Below are positions 48,046-61,827 of a stretch of 64,000 nt of DNA, piece after piece. The stretch is from Fistulifera solaris (taxonomy: Eukaryota). The stretch covers positions 248,001 through 312,000 of the forward strand of contig AP026148.1 of NCBI GenBank assembly GCA_030295235.1, written 5' to 3'. Every line of letters starts with the position of its first letter. The first letter of the stretch is position 1. Below the pieces are notes generated by a model. It was not told where the DNA came from and ran no database searches. It saw nothing but the letters and a program-made list of their open reading frames with translations. A program made the position numbers and the translations under genes.

Positions 48046-51000
48046 TCAAGCAGTCTTTCGGTGTCGCCCGTTTCGCCGCTCAACGCGGCCAGCCCATTCC
48101 CCACCTTCAGAGGACTTTGTTGACGAAGCGTTTGATACGCTTCGTGAATGAGTAGGGTCAGGGTTGATCTGATTGGCGGAGTTGTCACTATTTGATCTTT
48201 CGTGCTTTTTCTTCGCACGAGCAAGTTCACGCTGCCGATCCCATTCTAATTGCAACTGCTCAATCCGTTTTCGTTGCTGCTCGGCTTCTTGGGCAAGTCG
48301 CTTTTCAAACTCCGCACGTTCCTTCTCGTGCTTCTCCAGAGTTTTCAGGTGCTGTTCCTCACGCTCCACTTTACAACGTTGGAGACTGTCCATGCGACTA
48401 TCGTAAACTTTCCTTGCTCGTTGCAAATTCTTTTGAAAATCCTGGTCTAACTTCCGCAATTCATCATCCGACTCTTCCTCGTCGGAGTAAGCATCATCGA
48501 CATCCTTTCTGCTCGTCTCGCTTATGGGCGACGTCGTTCGACTTTCAACCTGACCGTGCAGTAAAGACCCGCAATTCTCGTCATTATCGCCTGATAATTT
48601 CGCAGTGAGAGAGGGGGCCGTATCCTCGGCTCGAATCGAATCACCAGAGGCAGTCAAACCTATGGTTGGGGCCACTTGCGTAGTTATTTGAGGCGCAAGT
48701 ATTGAATTCGGAATTGTGGTGTGCACCTGCTCTAACGATATTGTCCGCGTTGGTGTTGGTGGTTGTACGGGAGGATCACATTGTGGCGGCATTTGTTGAG
48801 CGACGCTTTCGTTGACTGAATATGCATGACTGGACTGTCCTCCGGAGACTTGGACTTGCACCGGAATGGGTGCCTGGCCGTTTTGACCATTATTTACGCG
48901 GGAAACATAGTCCGTTTGAAGAGATTGCTGGGTAGGCATGGAATTGATCGGGTACGGCGGAGGACTAGGACCTACTGCTTGCACCATAGCTTGTTGAGAT
49001 GAAGCAACGGGGAAGGACGACAATGAATGATGTTGTGGGACATGTATCTGCTGGTGTTCTGTCGGTACGGACTGATTTGATCCGAATGCTTTCTGAGGCG
49101 TCAAATAGACCTGCGATGGTACATGCTGTCCGTTCACATTCGGATTAAATTCTTGTTGAGCTTGAAAGTGAGGGTGCGGAATCTGGGCTGATGAAACGTT
49201 CGACTGAGAATAGTCGAATACAGTCGCTGAATGCGGAAAATGGTGTTCTGTATCAGCGGTATTTGAACCGCTGGATTGTGCACATTAGCTCCCTGGAGAA
49301 ACTGTGTCGGCTGCTGTTGCTGGTGCTGAAAGTTCATCGGCATTTGTTGCTGAAAGGATGCATTTTGCAAATGCTGTACGTTTGCGTTAGGGTTAACAGG
49401 CACGGGCGTCGGCAGTTGCAACTGTTGTGCAGGTGGATGAACGGTGTGCTGTACAGGGTGACTTGCGATCATGTTCTGAGCATTGCCAATTCTGACCGCA
49501 TATCTATCCTGCTTCATTCGTGCAGCCCGAGCAAGTCCACTAATCGTTTCACTTATTTCTAAGACTGCTCCCTGGGGGATGCCAAGCTCCTGTACCATTT
49601 CCTTTGCTACTTGAATGGGATCATCCTCGACTAGGTCAAAGTCGAACTGTACATTCTGGGTTTGGCCTTCGATTGGAAGAGTAACCACTAGCTTCAAAAT
49701 TTCATCAGCATATGGTCTCACGTTTTGGCCTTCATCCTCTATCACGACTGTGGCGACAACATAATTATAAGTCGGCGTTTCTTGCCTAGAATCAACCGAT
49801 TTGCTTTCCATGAAACTTGGTGCAGCTACTTCAGAAGGCTGCGGCACGATGTTTTGTGTCGAACTATCATCAACACCTCTTGACACACTCAAAGTCGTAA
49901 TATCCACACCTATCTCAACTGCGTCTCCCTGTATGGGAGCAACGGTCGCTGCATGCATTTGTTCGTCTTCTTTCCATTCAGTGTCACGACCCATCAAAAC
50001 TTTCACTTTTTTCATGTTCGTTTCGCTCTCAGGCATTTCTTCAAACTCGTCACCATCATCATCATATTCTGTGGCCAGTCGAGATATCCGCGGCGGTAAA
50101 TCTGTTTCGTCATCGTGAAGATTGTTACTTTCCAATGCCAAGGGGTTCGACGTCGTGGATTGTGACTCTGCAGCTTCGGATATCATCGTTTCACGCAATG
50201 GAGGGTCTACTATCACTTCGTCATCGTCATTTTCCCGTATTGCTAAAAATGGATGTTGAAGTAAATCTGTTGCCGATGGACGAATGTAGTTGCCCTCGTT
50301 GTCTCGGTATCCCAGGCAAAAGTTAACAAAGTCTCTGGCGTGCTTGCTCTGTATTCGACCGAGTATTTCTGGCGGTTCACCGCTAGACACCTTCTTGTAA
50401 ATTTGAGCCGGGTTATTGCATTCTGAATATGGGATTTCTTGCGTAAATATCTCGAGCACACACATTCCAAAAGCATAAATGTCGACCTTTTCATCATAAG
50501 GCTTGTCCTCGTACATATCAGGAGCCATGAATTCAGGTGTTCCAAGCACGCTGAGCACTCTCCCGTTTCGATGTACCGTACTAAGTCCAAGATCGCCTAT
50601 TCTTAGATCACCCGACGTTCCATTGATAAATATATTCTCGCTGTCTCATCAAGTGTGAGTACGCTATCGCAAAAACGATTTCTTGTATTTGTTCTCTTTG
50701 TGTTCTTACCATTTTAGATCTCGATGAATGACAGGAGGATCTTGAGAATGTAAGTATTCAAGCCCCTTCAAAATTTGTATAGCCCATCGTTTCGCGATTT
50801 TCCATCGAATCACTTGCACTTTACTTATAAAAGCTTTCAAAGTCCCAGAGGAGAGAATTTCCGTAACAAAGTTGACTTCTTGTCGCTCTCGGTTTACCCA
50901 CGATCCATGAAAACTGATAATATTGTGATGATGCAGCCTTTCCAAAAGTCGTACTTCATTAACGATTCGGTTTCGCTCGTTCTTCGGTACTCCCGATAAA

Positions 51001-51625
51001 TTCACGACGTTCCAAGCGACCTCAATTCCTTCCTGCGTATCGTATGCTCGGTAAACATCCTTCGAGGCCCCGCTCCCCAGCTTTTCTCGAAAACGGACAT
51101 ATCGACCTCCGGGGGACCTTTCCACGATAGCATTTTGTATCTCCGGGCTACTAATGTATTCATTTAAATCATTGGAAGTGGAGTTGCTAACTGGGTCTGT
51201 GCGAGCCGGTGCCGAAACGACCGATCCAAGAGCTGATCTCGAGTCATCCTTAGCATTTGCAAAGAAGAATCTTTCGCGGCAACATCTATCGTCGCCGAAT
51301 CTGAAATTGCATGACTAAGAGGCTGTACGAACGACGATGCTGTTGGGTCTCCCAATTTCCCGTCGTCTGGTGCGTTTGCTGAACCATCCAGAAAAATGAC
51401 TTGCTTGGGTACTTCTATTTCCGCTACTTCGGTATCGGATGTCTGCAGCAAAGCCTGCTCTAAAGAAGCAGGAAGCGTCACTGCGGATACAACGGACTCA
51501 TCTTTTTCTTTCGATAGCTTCAAGTCCGGTACATCAAGATTCGTGTTGTTGACACAATCATAACCGCTTTTTTCGGGAAGATCGATGGTGCTGAGTATCA
51601 TCTTGCCCAAATCTGACGATTCCAT
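48046..51625 (-). CDS. WNK: WNK family protein kinase with long disordered/coiled-coil tail
   Basis: GSGASKDVY with Lys in subdomain I, EVAWN, HRDLKCENIF, IGDLGL and GTPEFMAP; QFDFDLVEDD domain. Intron 50709-50641; indels near 51265 and 49245. Confidence 0.92.
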
Positions 51626-52503
51626 TCTGTTTCTTGTTCAAAAAGTAAGCAGGTTCGATGTCAAGCCGGCAATTGGGAGAGTTGGAGAGTCAGGATAGCC
51701 TTCTGATAATAAGTGGCGGCAAAAACGACGGTGACGTTCAGCAACTGGAAATCACGGCAAGAACGCCACTGAATCTATCAATCAAATTAAAGGATATATT
51801 ATCACGCCAAGCAAGTCAAACTCAGTTTTCGCATCGAGAGAAGCGTTTGGAGAGACTTGTTAAAACGCCTATCATAATTAGAAGTCGTCTTCGGGTGATA
51901 GACGCGCAACGCCACAATAAAAGAGGAGTTCGGGCTTCGGGCGAGGGCATCGTACTTGTACGTCGCAGGGGGAGGCGGAACTTCAACGAGTACCGCATGT
52001 AGCTGTTGAGACATTACACGCCTTTGATGTGTGACGAATTCTTGTGGTGACTTTTCTATTTCGACTAGATCAAACTTTAATTAAGATTAAGACGATTTTT
52101 ATTTAAATATCAGCGGGTACCAATTCTATGTACACTAATGTAAATACGTAGTAGGGAACAAAAATTTCATCACAGCTGCACGCGCGTCTGCATCGATTTC
52201 AAAGTCATTCGAATTTCGAACGGTTGTCGCACCGGGGAGAAGACCTTATGCAGTAAACTTCAAGATGTCTATGGCTGGTTTGCTGTATACGCTCTAAATG
52301 CAGAGAGCAATTTTGGAGGACTTACTATAAGAAAGTCAGTGGAACGTTCTGGGGAGATCACGTACATGATCAGAGTAATCTCACGCTCCCTAGAGCTATG
52401 AAGCCCAGGCAAGGAGCCACAATAACCCAAGTCATCCATAATCCAACAGACTTTCCAAACGCCTTTCAAGCCTTACATTTTCACAACGGAAAGGTGTCAG
52501 GTC

Positions 52504-53270
52504 CTAGTAGACGCCTGGCTTGAAAATCATCATACCGTAAATCGCAAACAAGAAGAGGCATGAGACCACATTTGAAATACGACGTAGCTGATAGATTGTT
52601 GGCCTTTTCTCGCCCAAAGAATTCTCCAAAGCAGATTGAGCTTTTAATTGAGTTGGACGATCCGTAAATCCCCACCATAAGCCAAACGCAAGAAGTAGAA
52701 GAAGAGTACTTTGAACGTGAAATGGTGCCATTTGGAAACTACCGTATCGAATACAAGCATTGCCGATACCAGATACAATGGATCCTGTCAAAGCGGGGAG
52801 CACAATCCACTCTTCGACAACGGGGACTTTCTCGAACCAAAGCCTCTGGGTTGGCACACTGCCACTCTCGACCACCATCCACTCGAGAACAGTTGTCGTA
52901 ATAATGCACCCTGCAAACAACATGCCGCTAACGGCATGTACGAAATTGAGAGTCGTGAAAGGAACTTCCGTGAGAGCCACCGGCCAACAACCACGAAAAT
53001 AGTTGTTTGCAATGAAGGTACTGATTGCGAAGGGCCAGACGTCAGAGAAAGTCGATCTTATTCGTGATGCCACTTGATCATCCGAGCTATCTCCGTCTTC
53101 CGACTGCAATGATAGAGCAAAGCAGCCATTAAGGCGATGACATCGAACGTGGTTCGTATCTTTTTTGGCATGCCCTGACTATGACTAGGAATTGATGGAA
53201 AGACGGGGAGAAATGATTCTGCCGGCGTGCGAAACCACAAGCAAAGATTGATGACGAAGAAGGTCTTCAT
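52504..53270 (-). CDS. Putatively plastid-targeted integral membrane protein (DUF2269-like), frameshift in leader
   Basis: Signal AES-FLP and four hydrophobic helices; HAVSGMLFAG and terminal MMIFKP. Confidence 0.6.
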
Positions 53271-53706
53271 GGTGTTTATTGACGCAATGTTGATTGTATT
53301 TGAGAAATGATGTTAAGGAAAGGTGTGGACGACCAGTGATGGCATGAAAAAGCGAACCGAAGGCAATTAAGTGAGAATAATATGACTGAAATCCAGTCGT
53401 GAAGTTGTTGACCGTTACCGGTAACCTTACCGTACTTCATGGTACCGTTACCGTACCGTACCCTTATCACACTACAAAGTACAAAGTACGTATACTAGGT
53501 AGTCGACTTTGTGTGGGTGCATTTTCTATTTAACGTGAAAACCTGTAACCGGTACTGAAAGTAAAAATTCTTTCAAACTTTTGCGCTCACAAATCCGAAG
53601 CGACAACGACGAAACGAGAACAGTATATTGATGCTCAACGCAAGGAAGAATGACTTTTCAGGTTCGTCGACAATGGTCTTCTTGCCACAATAATTCATAA
53701 TCAACC

Positions 53707-55172
53707 ATGTTGCTTTCCGCTGTCATAATTAACCTAGTATGCCTTGCTGTCTCTCAGCCACTGGGAGGCGATGCCGTTCGAAGAATGGAGTTTATCAATC
53801 TGACGGGCAAAAAGGTCGACATCGATTGGCAGGACCCTAGCACTAATGCGACTTATCCACTTGCTACGAGCACTCCCGAGAATCAGACCATATCTTTCAA
53901 TTCATTTGCCAATCACAAATTTGTTATCCGAACACATGTAGATGAAAACTCAACGGTGCATGAAGTTATCGTTCAAGTTGTGGAAGACCAAATGGACCAG
54001 AAAGTTGTTCTGAAGGAGGGTCTTGATGTAGAACGATTATTATCTGATTATGGGAGGATGTTATATGAGGAAGAGGACGAGGCCAATGTGTCGCCCATCT
54101 CTGCGAAATACATCATGGGCTTAACTGGGAGTGACTCACAGAAAGCAGCCCATAAAGTGCTCGAGAAATGCCGCAAGGAAGCATCGCTCCGACTGGCTAT
54201 GGGTTTGAACATGGATAAGATATCTGAGTCCCTTTCGTCGTGTATGGAGCAGCAGGCGTCAACTGTCTTGATGGATATGGATGAAAAACTTTCTGTTCAA
54301 GCGTCTGTGCTAAAGCAAATATCAACGTTGGCCGAAAACTACACATGTGCCGATCCGCATAAGGAAACGAGTGAACCTATTGAAGAGAGAACTTGGGAAT
54401 ACGAAGGCGTTTCTCGTCATGTCGGTGTACTTCACAATAGACCATCAAGTCAGATTCATGTGCTCCATAATTTCATTTCCACCGAAGAGTGCGAAGCTAT
54501 CCGGCAAGCCGCCGAACCAACACTACACCGTGGGACGGTTGCGGATGGAGCGGGTGGTAGTAAATTAAGCGAGAATCGAAAGGCTTGGCAAGCAGGTGTT
54601 ACGTACGACGCTGAGAATCCAAATGATCCTATTTTGATGGTCAAAAGAGGCTTTTTGCATATGCGAACAATGTCACTGGATATGGAATGGAGTTGCCTGG
54701 TCAAGAAGATCTCATGTCAATCCAGTACTTTGGAAGTGGAGTGGATAACCCAACTCCTGACCGGTATACCCCTCACTGTAAGTACTCGATACGTTTATTT
54801 TTTAATCGATTCGTCACCCGTTCTCTCACTCTCTCGTTACCTCAAGGTGACGGAGAATGTAACGGATTCCCGCACAAGAAAGGCGGCCGTGTCGCCACCA
54901 TGGTAATGTATTGCGATGTTCCTGAATTGGGCGGCGCGACCAATTTTCAGCATGCCAACGTCTACGTTAAACCTAAAGTTGGGGCAGCCGCCTTTTTCTC
55001 GTACCTCAACCCAACAACGAGGAAGTCCGAAGAAGGTTTCACAACGCACTCCGGCTGCCCTGTTCTTCTTGGGACTAAAAGGATTGCTGTGCAGTGGATG
55101 CGAATAGGGGTGACCTCCGAAGAACCATGGGATTCCTTCGATACAAATACTATTTCAAAGAAGAAGTACTAA
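53707..55172 (+). CDS. Prolyl 4-hydroxylase-like 2OG-Fe(II) oxygenase, secreted
   Basis: HNFISTEEC, YTPHCD, RVATMVMY, GGAT.F and HSGCPVLLGTK. Indel near 54650; intron 54778-54846. Confidence 0.88.
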
Positions 55173-55221
55173 AAAAGTTGATTTTTGTTTTTTCTATGTT
55201 TATTTTCCACTGATTTTGTCT

Positions 55222-57936
55222 CTATGCTTCGGGGTCTAACCATGGCTTGAACACCTCACCGATCGGTGCCATCCAGGTTACCGTGTCGGTGATTGTGTTT
55301 TCATAGTAAAATGTACCATCTGCGTCTCTGTGTTGTATCCATACAACATCCATTTCGCTTTCAAACTGTTTCCCAGCGTCTGATTTCTTTTGAATCCACC
55401 AAAAGTACAAGATGGGGTAAACGAGCATGCAAATGAGCACCGGCCAAGGGAAAGCTCCGGCCACTAACTGTTTGGCTCTGTACTTATTCGGATCTTCATG
55501 GACGTTGATACGAATTGTTTTCCGCAATAGCTGACATGTGGGTGTCCAGAAAGATGCCTCAGGTTTGTTGAGAACGTCGACTGGGCAATCACCAAAAACA
55601 ATCGCAATCTGTAGATTTGTCTCACCGACTTGGTGGCTCTGATATTCGAGGTTAGTGAAGATTAGAGTCATGTCTTCGGGAAAGGCTCTGAATGTAATAT
55701 TTCCTCTCGCCATGGATCTTCTCCCGTGTACTAGTTCTGTGTACTTCCATCCGGCTTCTTTCAGACTCACGAATCCATTAGGAATATCGACAATGACGGT
55801 AGCTTTGCGCGAACGAAAGCCGCTACTTTCGATGCTGATTCCATTGATTGCGACCAAACTGCAATCCGCATTTAAATTCTGGCTACCGCTGCATGATGCG
55901 TTTGTCATCTTGTGCAACGAAGACTCCTGCACGTCGATTGTTTCTGTAGGAAGTGTCAAAGACAACTGATCCAACTGACAAAGAACTTGAATTTTATGGG
56001 AAAAACCATCTGAGGTGCTCGCGATCTTCGAAGAGTTACCGACAAAGGCAACCACACGGAAGAAGAAAGTAGCATTCGCTGATGTCTTTCCATGGCACAA
56101 CTCCAGAGACGGATTGTATGTAAAAGCAAATCCATTTTCGTACGGAAATTTGTCACTCATGTCGCCGAGTATCTCCCCCGCTTCAATTCGACCCTTCGGT
56201 CCTAGCAGTTGTCCTTGTGTGTCGACCGAATCTACGAAAAGACTGATTCTTCGTTTCATGCCAGAGTTGTCGGCCCCGTAAACAACGATACTCTCTTCGT
56301 TTGTCACACCTTGCTGGATAATCGACGCGGTTGAGTTGCCGCTCAAAGCCGATAGGATACGAATCGGTACCACTTCTTCAGTCGACCAAAGTCCGCCTTG
56401 ATCTTGAACGCGGAAGGAAAACGAGTCTTGCGCCCCTTCATTTCCATGAATGACGGGAAGCATGGCTTCATCGGATAACAAGTCGTAGTCAATGTAGATC
56501 GACCCAGCGTCGTCGTTGCTCCCAACTATATTGTTTAACGAAGTCAAGGGTGTCCCGTGATGCAAATTATCTTCACGAAACGAGTTCACCGAGAGGTGCA
56601 AGCGTCCGTAATGGGGCGATTTGGTGATCTCAAAAAACCGAATCGAGTCACCGATATCTTTGTCAAAGCCGCTCAGTTTGATTCTGCTTTGCGACCCTTC
56701 GTACAAACGAACTTCGTCGACCGATAAGGCTATGGGCGGATCGTTCACGGAGAGAACTCGAACGGTGGCAGTGGAAATCGCTTCACATTGGCTGGAGTGA
56801 AACAATGTAGCGTCCGACCAGACGCAATACTCAAAGCTTGTCATGGCCGCATCTTCCGAGTGCTGGTCCAAAGGAGGAACATAGATCAGCTCGCCGGTGG
56901 GCGACTCCACCGAAATGAGACTGAACTGAGACGAAGGACTCTTAATTGGGCTACCGTTCGCTTGATAGAGTCGCCCTACCGTCGGCAAGGTCACCAGGTA
57001 AAAATACACGCGCGGCAAGGGCATCGGTGCTGTTACATTGTGATCGGTCTGCAACTCACGAACGACAATGTTCTTGGATGTGTATGGGAGCACAATTTTC
57101 CCGGTGTCTTCCAAAGGTGCTTCGGTGCGATACCAGTCATTTTCGTGCGATCCTGGCACATCTTCAGCGTCTTCATGGACCACAAACGAGACATCCTGAC
57201 TCTGGGGAACAGAGGTGGGCAATCCTTGACGAATCAGGTCGTTCGCGCTGGGTGCATCGCCGGAAAATAAGGTCATTTGATGCAGAATACCCTTCCACAC
57301 ACAAGAATCCGACTGCGGATAGCCCAAGAAGGTCAATTTTGTCGAGCTCCACGATTTCAAACTGAAACGCTGGCGTGAAAGGGAAGCCGATGTTCCGTTG
57401 ATGAAAACCTCTTGGCTGTTGTCGTTCAACGTCACAAGGAAATGCGTCATGCCTTGAGTCTTGTGAAAACCAACGCGAATCGACTGACACGGCTCAACGA
57501 ACTGGTCGGCCGTTCGATAGGTGATCAAGAAGCTGTCCCGTTGCTGATGCAATTGGAAATCGATTCCTTGTTTATCACAGATCGATAATCCCTGCAGATT
57601 CTTCTTGCCCACTATTGTCATGATTGTTTTGCGTTCTTCTGGTGTCGCAGTATCCAATTCCAGCCATAGTTCAATCGACAGGCTGTCGCTTGCAAGAAGC
57701 GAGTCGAGTTTTCCATTTGAATGCATATGAAACGCTTGGGTGTCATTGTCACTCGCTTGAATACCCATCGATGCATCACAACTTGTGGTATTCTTGTTTC
57801 GGATGAGCTGAATATCACCCGCCCCGAAAACTCCATTCTCAAGACAAGTTTCTCGAGTAAACGAGAATCTTCGAGTAGCGCTCTGCGAAGCGACAGAGCT
57901 GCAGAGCAGGACCGTCAAAGCGTAAAAGGATCGCAT
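55222..57936 (-). CDS. Type I membrane protein: LamG-like + cadherin/Big-like repeats + TM + cytoplasmic WW domain
   Basis: Signal peptide; SIELW and VFING; VNDPP and DSFSFRVQD; TM helix; WIQHRDADGTFYYENTITDTVTWMAP. Confidence 0.8.
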   Translation of the reverse strand: MRSFYALTVLLCSSVASQSATRRFSFTRETCLENGVFGAGDIQLIRNKNTTSCDASMGIQASDNDTQAFHMHSNGKLDSLLASDSLSIELWLELDTATPEERKTIMTIVGKKNLQGLSICDKQGIDFQLHQQRDSFLITYRTADQFVEPCQSIRVGFHKTQGMTHFLVTLNDNSQEVFINGTSASLSRQRFSLKSWSSTKLTFLGYPQSDSCVWKGILHQMTLFSGDAPSANDLIRQGLPTSVPQSQDVSFVVHEDAEDVPGSHENDWYRTEAPLEDTGKIVLPYTSKNIVVRELQTDHNVTAPMPLPRVYFYLVTLPTVGRLYQANGSPIKSPSSQFSLISVESPTGELIYVPPLDQHSEDAAMTSFEYCVWSDATLFHSSQCEAISTATVRVLSVNDPPIALSVDEVRLYEGSQSRIKLSGFDKDIGDSIRFFEITKSPHYGRLHLSVNSFREDNLHHGTPLTSLNNIVGSNDDAGSIYIDYDLLSDEAMLPVIHGNEGAQDSFSFRVQDQGGLWSTEEVVPIRILSALSGNSTASIIQQGVTNEESIVVYGADNSGMKRRISLFVDSVDTQGQLLGPKGRIEAGEILGDMSDKFPYENGFAFTYNPSLELCHGKTSANATFFFRVVAFVGNSSKIASTSDGFSHKIQVLCQLDQLSLTLPTETIDVQESSLHKMTNASCSGSQNLNADCSLVAINGISIESSGFRSRKATVIVDIPNGFVSLKEAGWKYTELVHGRRSMARGNITFRAFPEDMTLIFTNLEYQSHQVGETNLQIAIVFGDCPVDVLNKPEASFWTPTCQLLRKTIRINVHEDPNKYRAKQLVAGAFPWPVLICMLVYPILYFWWIQKKSDAGKQFESEMDVVWIQHRDADGTFYYENTITDTVTWMAPIGEVFKPWLDPEA

Positions 57937-58365
57937 GGTCAAAGGTTCTGGTTGATGAATGAAAAGTAGTTGTTACTGCTGCTTTCTTTGAATCGTTCAC
58001 AATACAGTGTATGATTTTTGACGTCGAGTCTTTTTATGAGCATGTTGTTGAGGGATAAAAGGAATTGAAGGAGACCAGTTTTCATTTGTTTTCAATTAAA
58101 TAAAAAAGAAAACTGGTCTGCATGTTGATGTTGCGGCGAGACCAGTTTTCTTTATCTCGCTCGAAAAAATTCGACCACGACTCACCGACGGCCAGACGGT
58201 CACTGAATAGGTGTAGATCGTGTTCTATACCAATGCGGCGCTTGTAGGTTTTCGCACCGTTCTGAAGACATTTTTCATGTTTCGCCACCTTGCAACGGCA
58301 TATCTTCCTGTCCAACAAACGATCGCAACGAACAACCTAAAAAGAGACTGTTATTTGAATTAGCA

Positions 58366-59406
58366 ATGACAGAATTATCACCCACTTCCCCCACGCGACA
58401 GCCGCGATCATCACTCGGTAGTCAGGCCCGTAACATGCTGCGAATCCCCACGAGTCGATTGTCATCGCCCAAAGGCCCTCCGATTCTGGTAGAGCTTTTC
58501 TTGAATCAAGGAATCATTACGGTGGGTTGGGTCGGGCAACCGCGACATCAAGTTCTTCGTTTGGTTCCTATACCGAGCTGTATTATGACAGCTCGCGATT
58601 ATTATCGGGAGTACGCGAGTATTCTTCTCGAAGCGATGGAGTGGTTGGGGAGTGAAGCTACTAATCGTCGTGTTTGCGTGTCTCACGATTATGGGTACGA
58701 TCTACCGACCGCTTGTCAAGAAGCCGTCGAACGTGTCTTGCTGTTTACAGCGGGTGTCGAAGCCGTGTCTTTTCAGAATACATGGTGGACTGTTCCAGCC
58801 GCGGTGCCGCCTATTCAAGATGCCTTATTGGTGGCCGTGACGATGACAGGAATTCATTGTTACGCGTACGCCGCCGGAGATGTGTTGCCATTTACCTTTC
58901 AGTCTTGTACGACGAATCAACACTTTTCGGCTCAAACGTCCGTGGCGGAATGGCAACAACAGCTACGCCAATGGCTCACGTCGAGAGAAAACAATTTGAT
59001 TACCGCGATGTTGGCTTGCTCACAAGCTTGCCCACGAGCCGCTCGTCGTGCTGTTATACAGAATATTTGGTTGGTAGGATATGGGATAGTGGATGTACCA
59101 GGATACAGCAAGATGGTTGCCAGGACGTTGAAACTGCGACTCGAAGGCAACACTCCGACATTTTCACAAGACTCGAATCCAGCTGTAGAAAGCGATAATT
59201 TGTCTCCCCAATCGACACAAATTCCTATCGGTATCAAGGAATTACAACCGCTGGCTCCACACGTTTCTGCTTTGATGGTAGATTCTTCGGATTTGACATG
59301 GTTGGGCGCCAGTCGATGGGCCCACCGCTTGCACGGTGTCGATCCGGATGCAAAATCGTTTTATTGGAAATTTGCAAATCCCAGTAACCCAGCAAGGATA
59401 GAATAA
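58366..59406 (+). CDS. Divergent actin-related protein (Arp10/ACTR10-like)
   Basis: CPRAARRAVIQNIWLVG and LTWLGAS resemble actin-fold C-terminal motifs. Confidence 0.5.
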   Translation: MTELSPTSPTRQPRSSLGSQARNMLRIPTSRLSSPKGPPILVELFLNQGIITVGWVGQPRHQVLRLVPIPSCIMTARDYYREYASILLEAMEWLGSEATNRRVCVSHDYGYDLPTACQEAVERVLLFTAGVEAVSFQNTWWTVPAAVPPIQDALLVAVTMTGIHCYAYAAGDVLPFTFQSCTTNQHFSAQTSVAEWQQQLRQWLTSRENNLITAMLACSQACPRAARRAVIQNIWLVGYGIVDVPGYSKMVARTLKLRLEGNTPTFSQDSNPAVESDNLSPQSTQIPIGIKELQPLAPHVSALMVDSSDLTWLGASRWAHRLHGVDPDAKSFYWKFANPSNPARIE

Positions 59407-59588
59407 AAGCATGCGCATCATCATCATGAAAGCATATTTTTATGCATTATGCTATTCCTAATAAGTCGTTTAACTGAGAAACGGCTAGCGTTGCAACCAC
59501 GGTCTGGTTGCTCAATAAGCTGCCAGTAATCTAATACGAGGAGCCTCGCAATACACAACAGTTCGGCAGACTTGTGAGCTATCTGTTG

Positions 59589-60777
59589 CTAGAATTGACC
59601 CACCAAGAACCCAAAGACCTCCAAATCCACAATATAAAAGTTTCCATCCTCACACAAAGGTTCATTGTCAAATGTCGCACAGTGTCCTGTACTTCCGACC
59701 TGGAAATCTTCTTGTAAACAAAGTCCAAATGCTCCATCCTCGCCTCCACCACCAAAAGCAATACGTTTATGACTCGTATCGCACAGTTGCACGTATCGAT
59801 TCGCGCCCGTCCACTTGTATGGTTTGACATTCCCATCCACGACCTTGAATAAGCAAGCTGTAGAGCCACCGAAAAAATTCGTCCCCCCGTGACCATGTGG
59901 CTCCCACGTCGTGTCGGCATATCCACCAAAAACATCCCCCTTGGTAGTTCGCACAATTAACAACGTCTTACTATCGTCTTTGATAAAACGCAAACACATG
60001 TCAAAGTCGTCACCATCCCGTGCGAGACTGTATTGACGTTTCCACCGACAGTACGCGATACTACGGGGCAGCACATGAACCGCAATTTGTTGCATTTGGG
60101 TCGAGGAAAGAATGTACGGATTGGACTCCAGATCGTCTTCCGGTTCGACTCGTACGGGAGGAATGAATTCCGCATCGAGGTCCTCGCGTTCGGCCTGGAG
60201 AGACAACTCAACCGACACACCATCCCCCCGATATAGATGGTTTTTGTCTATTTTCATCCTCTTCTTCCTCTTCGTCGCAAGTCGATCTCCGATCAGAATC
60301 GGATTTTTGGGAAAAAGGATACAGAATATTGGAAAAGACAGAATTGTTGCCTGTGGCGGCCTTTTGGCTCTCTTCGGCCCGTTGAGCTTCTTTGAGTATT
60401 TGCAATTGTCGTTCCGCTTGATTTCGTAAATACATTCGTTTTCGTCCTTCTCGTTGTTTCCGTACCCAAGCAAATCCCTGTGCCATGATCCCCACCGATA
60501 GAGCATTCGCATTCTCGGGTGTCAAAGGCGGAGGAATAACTCGGGTGGGGACATGATTCTGAGGGCGGCTTTCGTTCAAATCCGGAGCATGAAGAGCGCT
60601 GTTCAATTGAAGGACTCGACTTGTTCGTGTGGGGGAATCGAGCACATTTTCTCCAACTAATGCGGCAGCTGACGCGAGAGCATCGTGGTATTCGTCTTCC
60701 TCGCGCTGTGATGCATCAGATGTCCAGTTGCCATAATTCCAGTCCTCGTCGTCTCCGGATCCTTCGCTCTTCGCCAT
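59589..60777 (-). CDS. TLDc domain protein (OXR1-like), frameshift near 60225
   Basis: WKRQYSLARDG, VFGGY, FFGG, AFGGG, HCATFDNEPL and LEVFG. One added G in a G-run joins the ORFs. Confidence 0.9.
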
Positions 60778-61827
60778 TTTCTCTCTTTTTTCTGTGAAAG
60801 AAGCAACTACTGCGATTCAACAACAGTGTTGAGCCAGATACATAGTGTTAAATGGCACTGCGAGAACGATTTTTGCAAGACGATCGCGACGTGCAGAGCG
60901 GCCGCGCGTCGGCAGAGAGGTGCAAGTTTCTATAGCGTTAAGGTTACTTGATGCTTCTCACTTCGTGGTTTCGGCCCTTGTTTCTCAATCATTCCACATT
61001 ACAAAGTACGCTTCGCATTTCATGTTGAACAACAAAGCGGCTTTCGAACTCAATGCTTGACGGTGAAAGAAAGACCAAAATGAGAAAGACGATGCGCATA
61101 TTACGTACAAAACGTTATAGCTCATGACTGAAATGGAGGAGTCGCGGTGAAACGTCGCCTACAATTCGACGCTATAGTAAATATGGAAGGTCATGCAATC
61201 CGCAACGATTTCGGTGGATGCAATAATAAAGGCGTCGATTACAGATGCTGCTAAGGATATAAATACACTCTCAGTAAGACCATTTGGGCTAACAAGGAAA
61301 CAAAGCTCGGCCGTTAAGTGGTGAGCATTGGCCGTGAAATACCGTGATCCTTGCCTGGATCATGACTGAAATGGAGTCTTCGTCGATGAAACTCTGTGGA
61401 CACCATCGGCCATTAGGCGGTAAAATTGATGATCCTTGTGGGTTTTCAATGTGAACAATCGAGACTTGCATAGAAGAAGCTGCTAAGGGGAAAGAGAATT
61501 CTATTATTGAAGCGGTTTGAGTTGCTAAATTAAGCAGAACGGTTGGTCCTTGGAAAATAGGTTTTTGAGATGGGTGAAAAGAATGCAGTGGTGGGGAGAA
61601 TTAGGAACGAGCGACATGGTAATTGGTAATCCGTATGAAACTGAAAACCCTAACTCTACACATTGCAATTTAGTTGGCGTCACCTTCAAACCCGCAGAAG
61701 AAACAAAGAAAACGACGTAAAAGCTGCGCGGCTCACCCGATAATGATAACTCGTATTCATTGCGTCCGACCTTTGCTTTTGGGGTGTGTGTTATTACTTT
61801 TCATGCCGCTTCTACTTTAAAAACATC

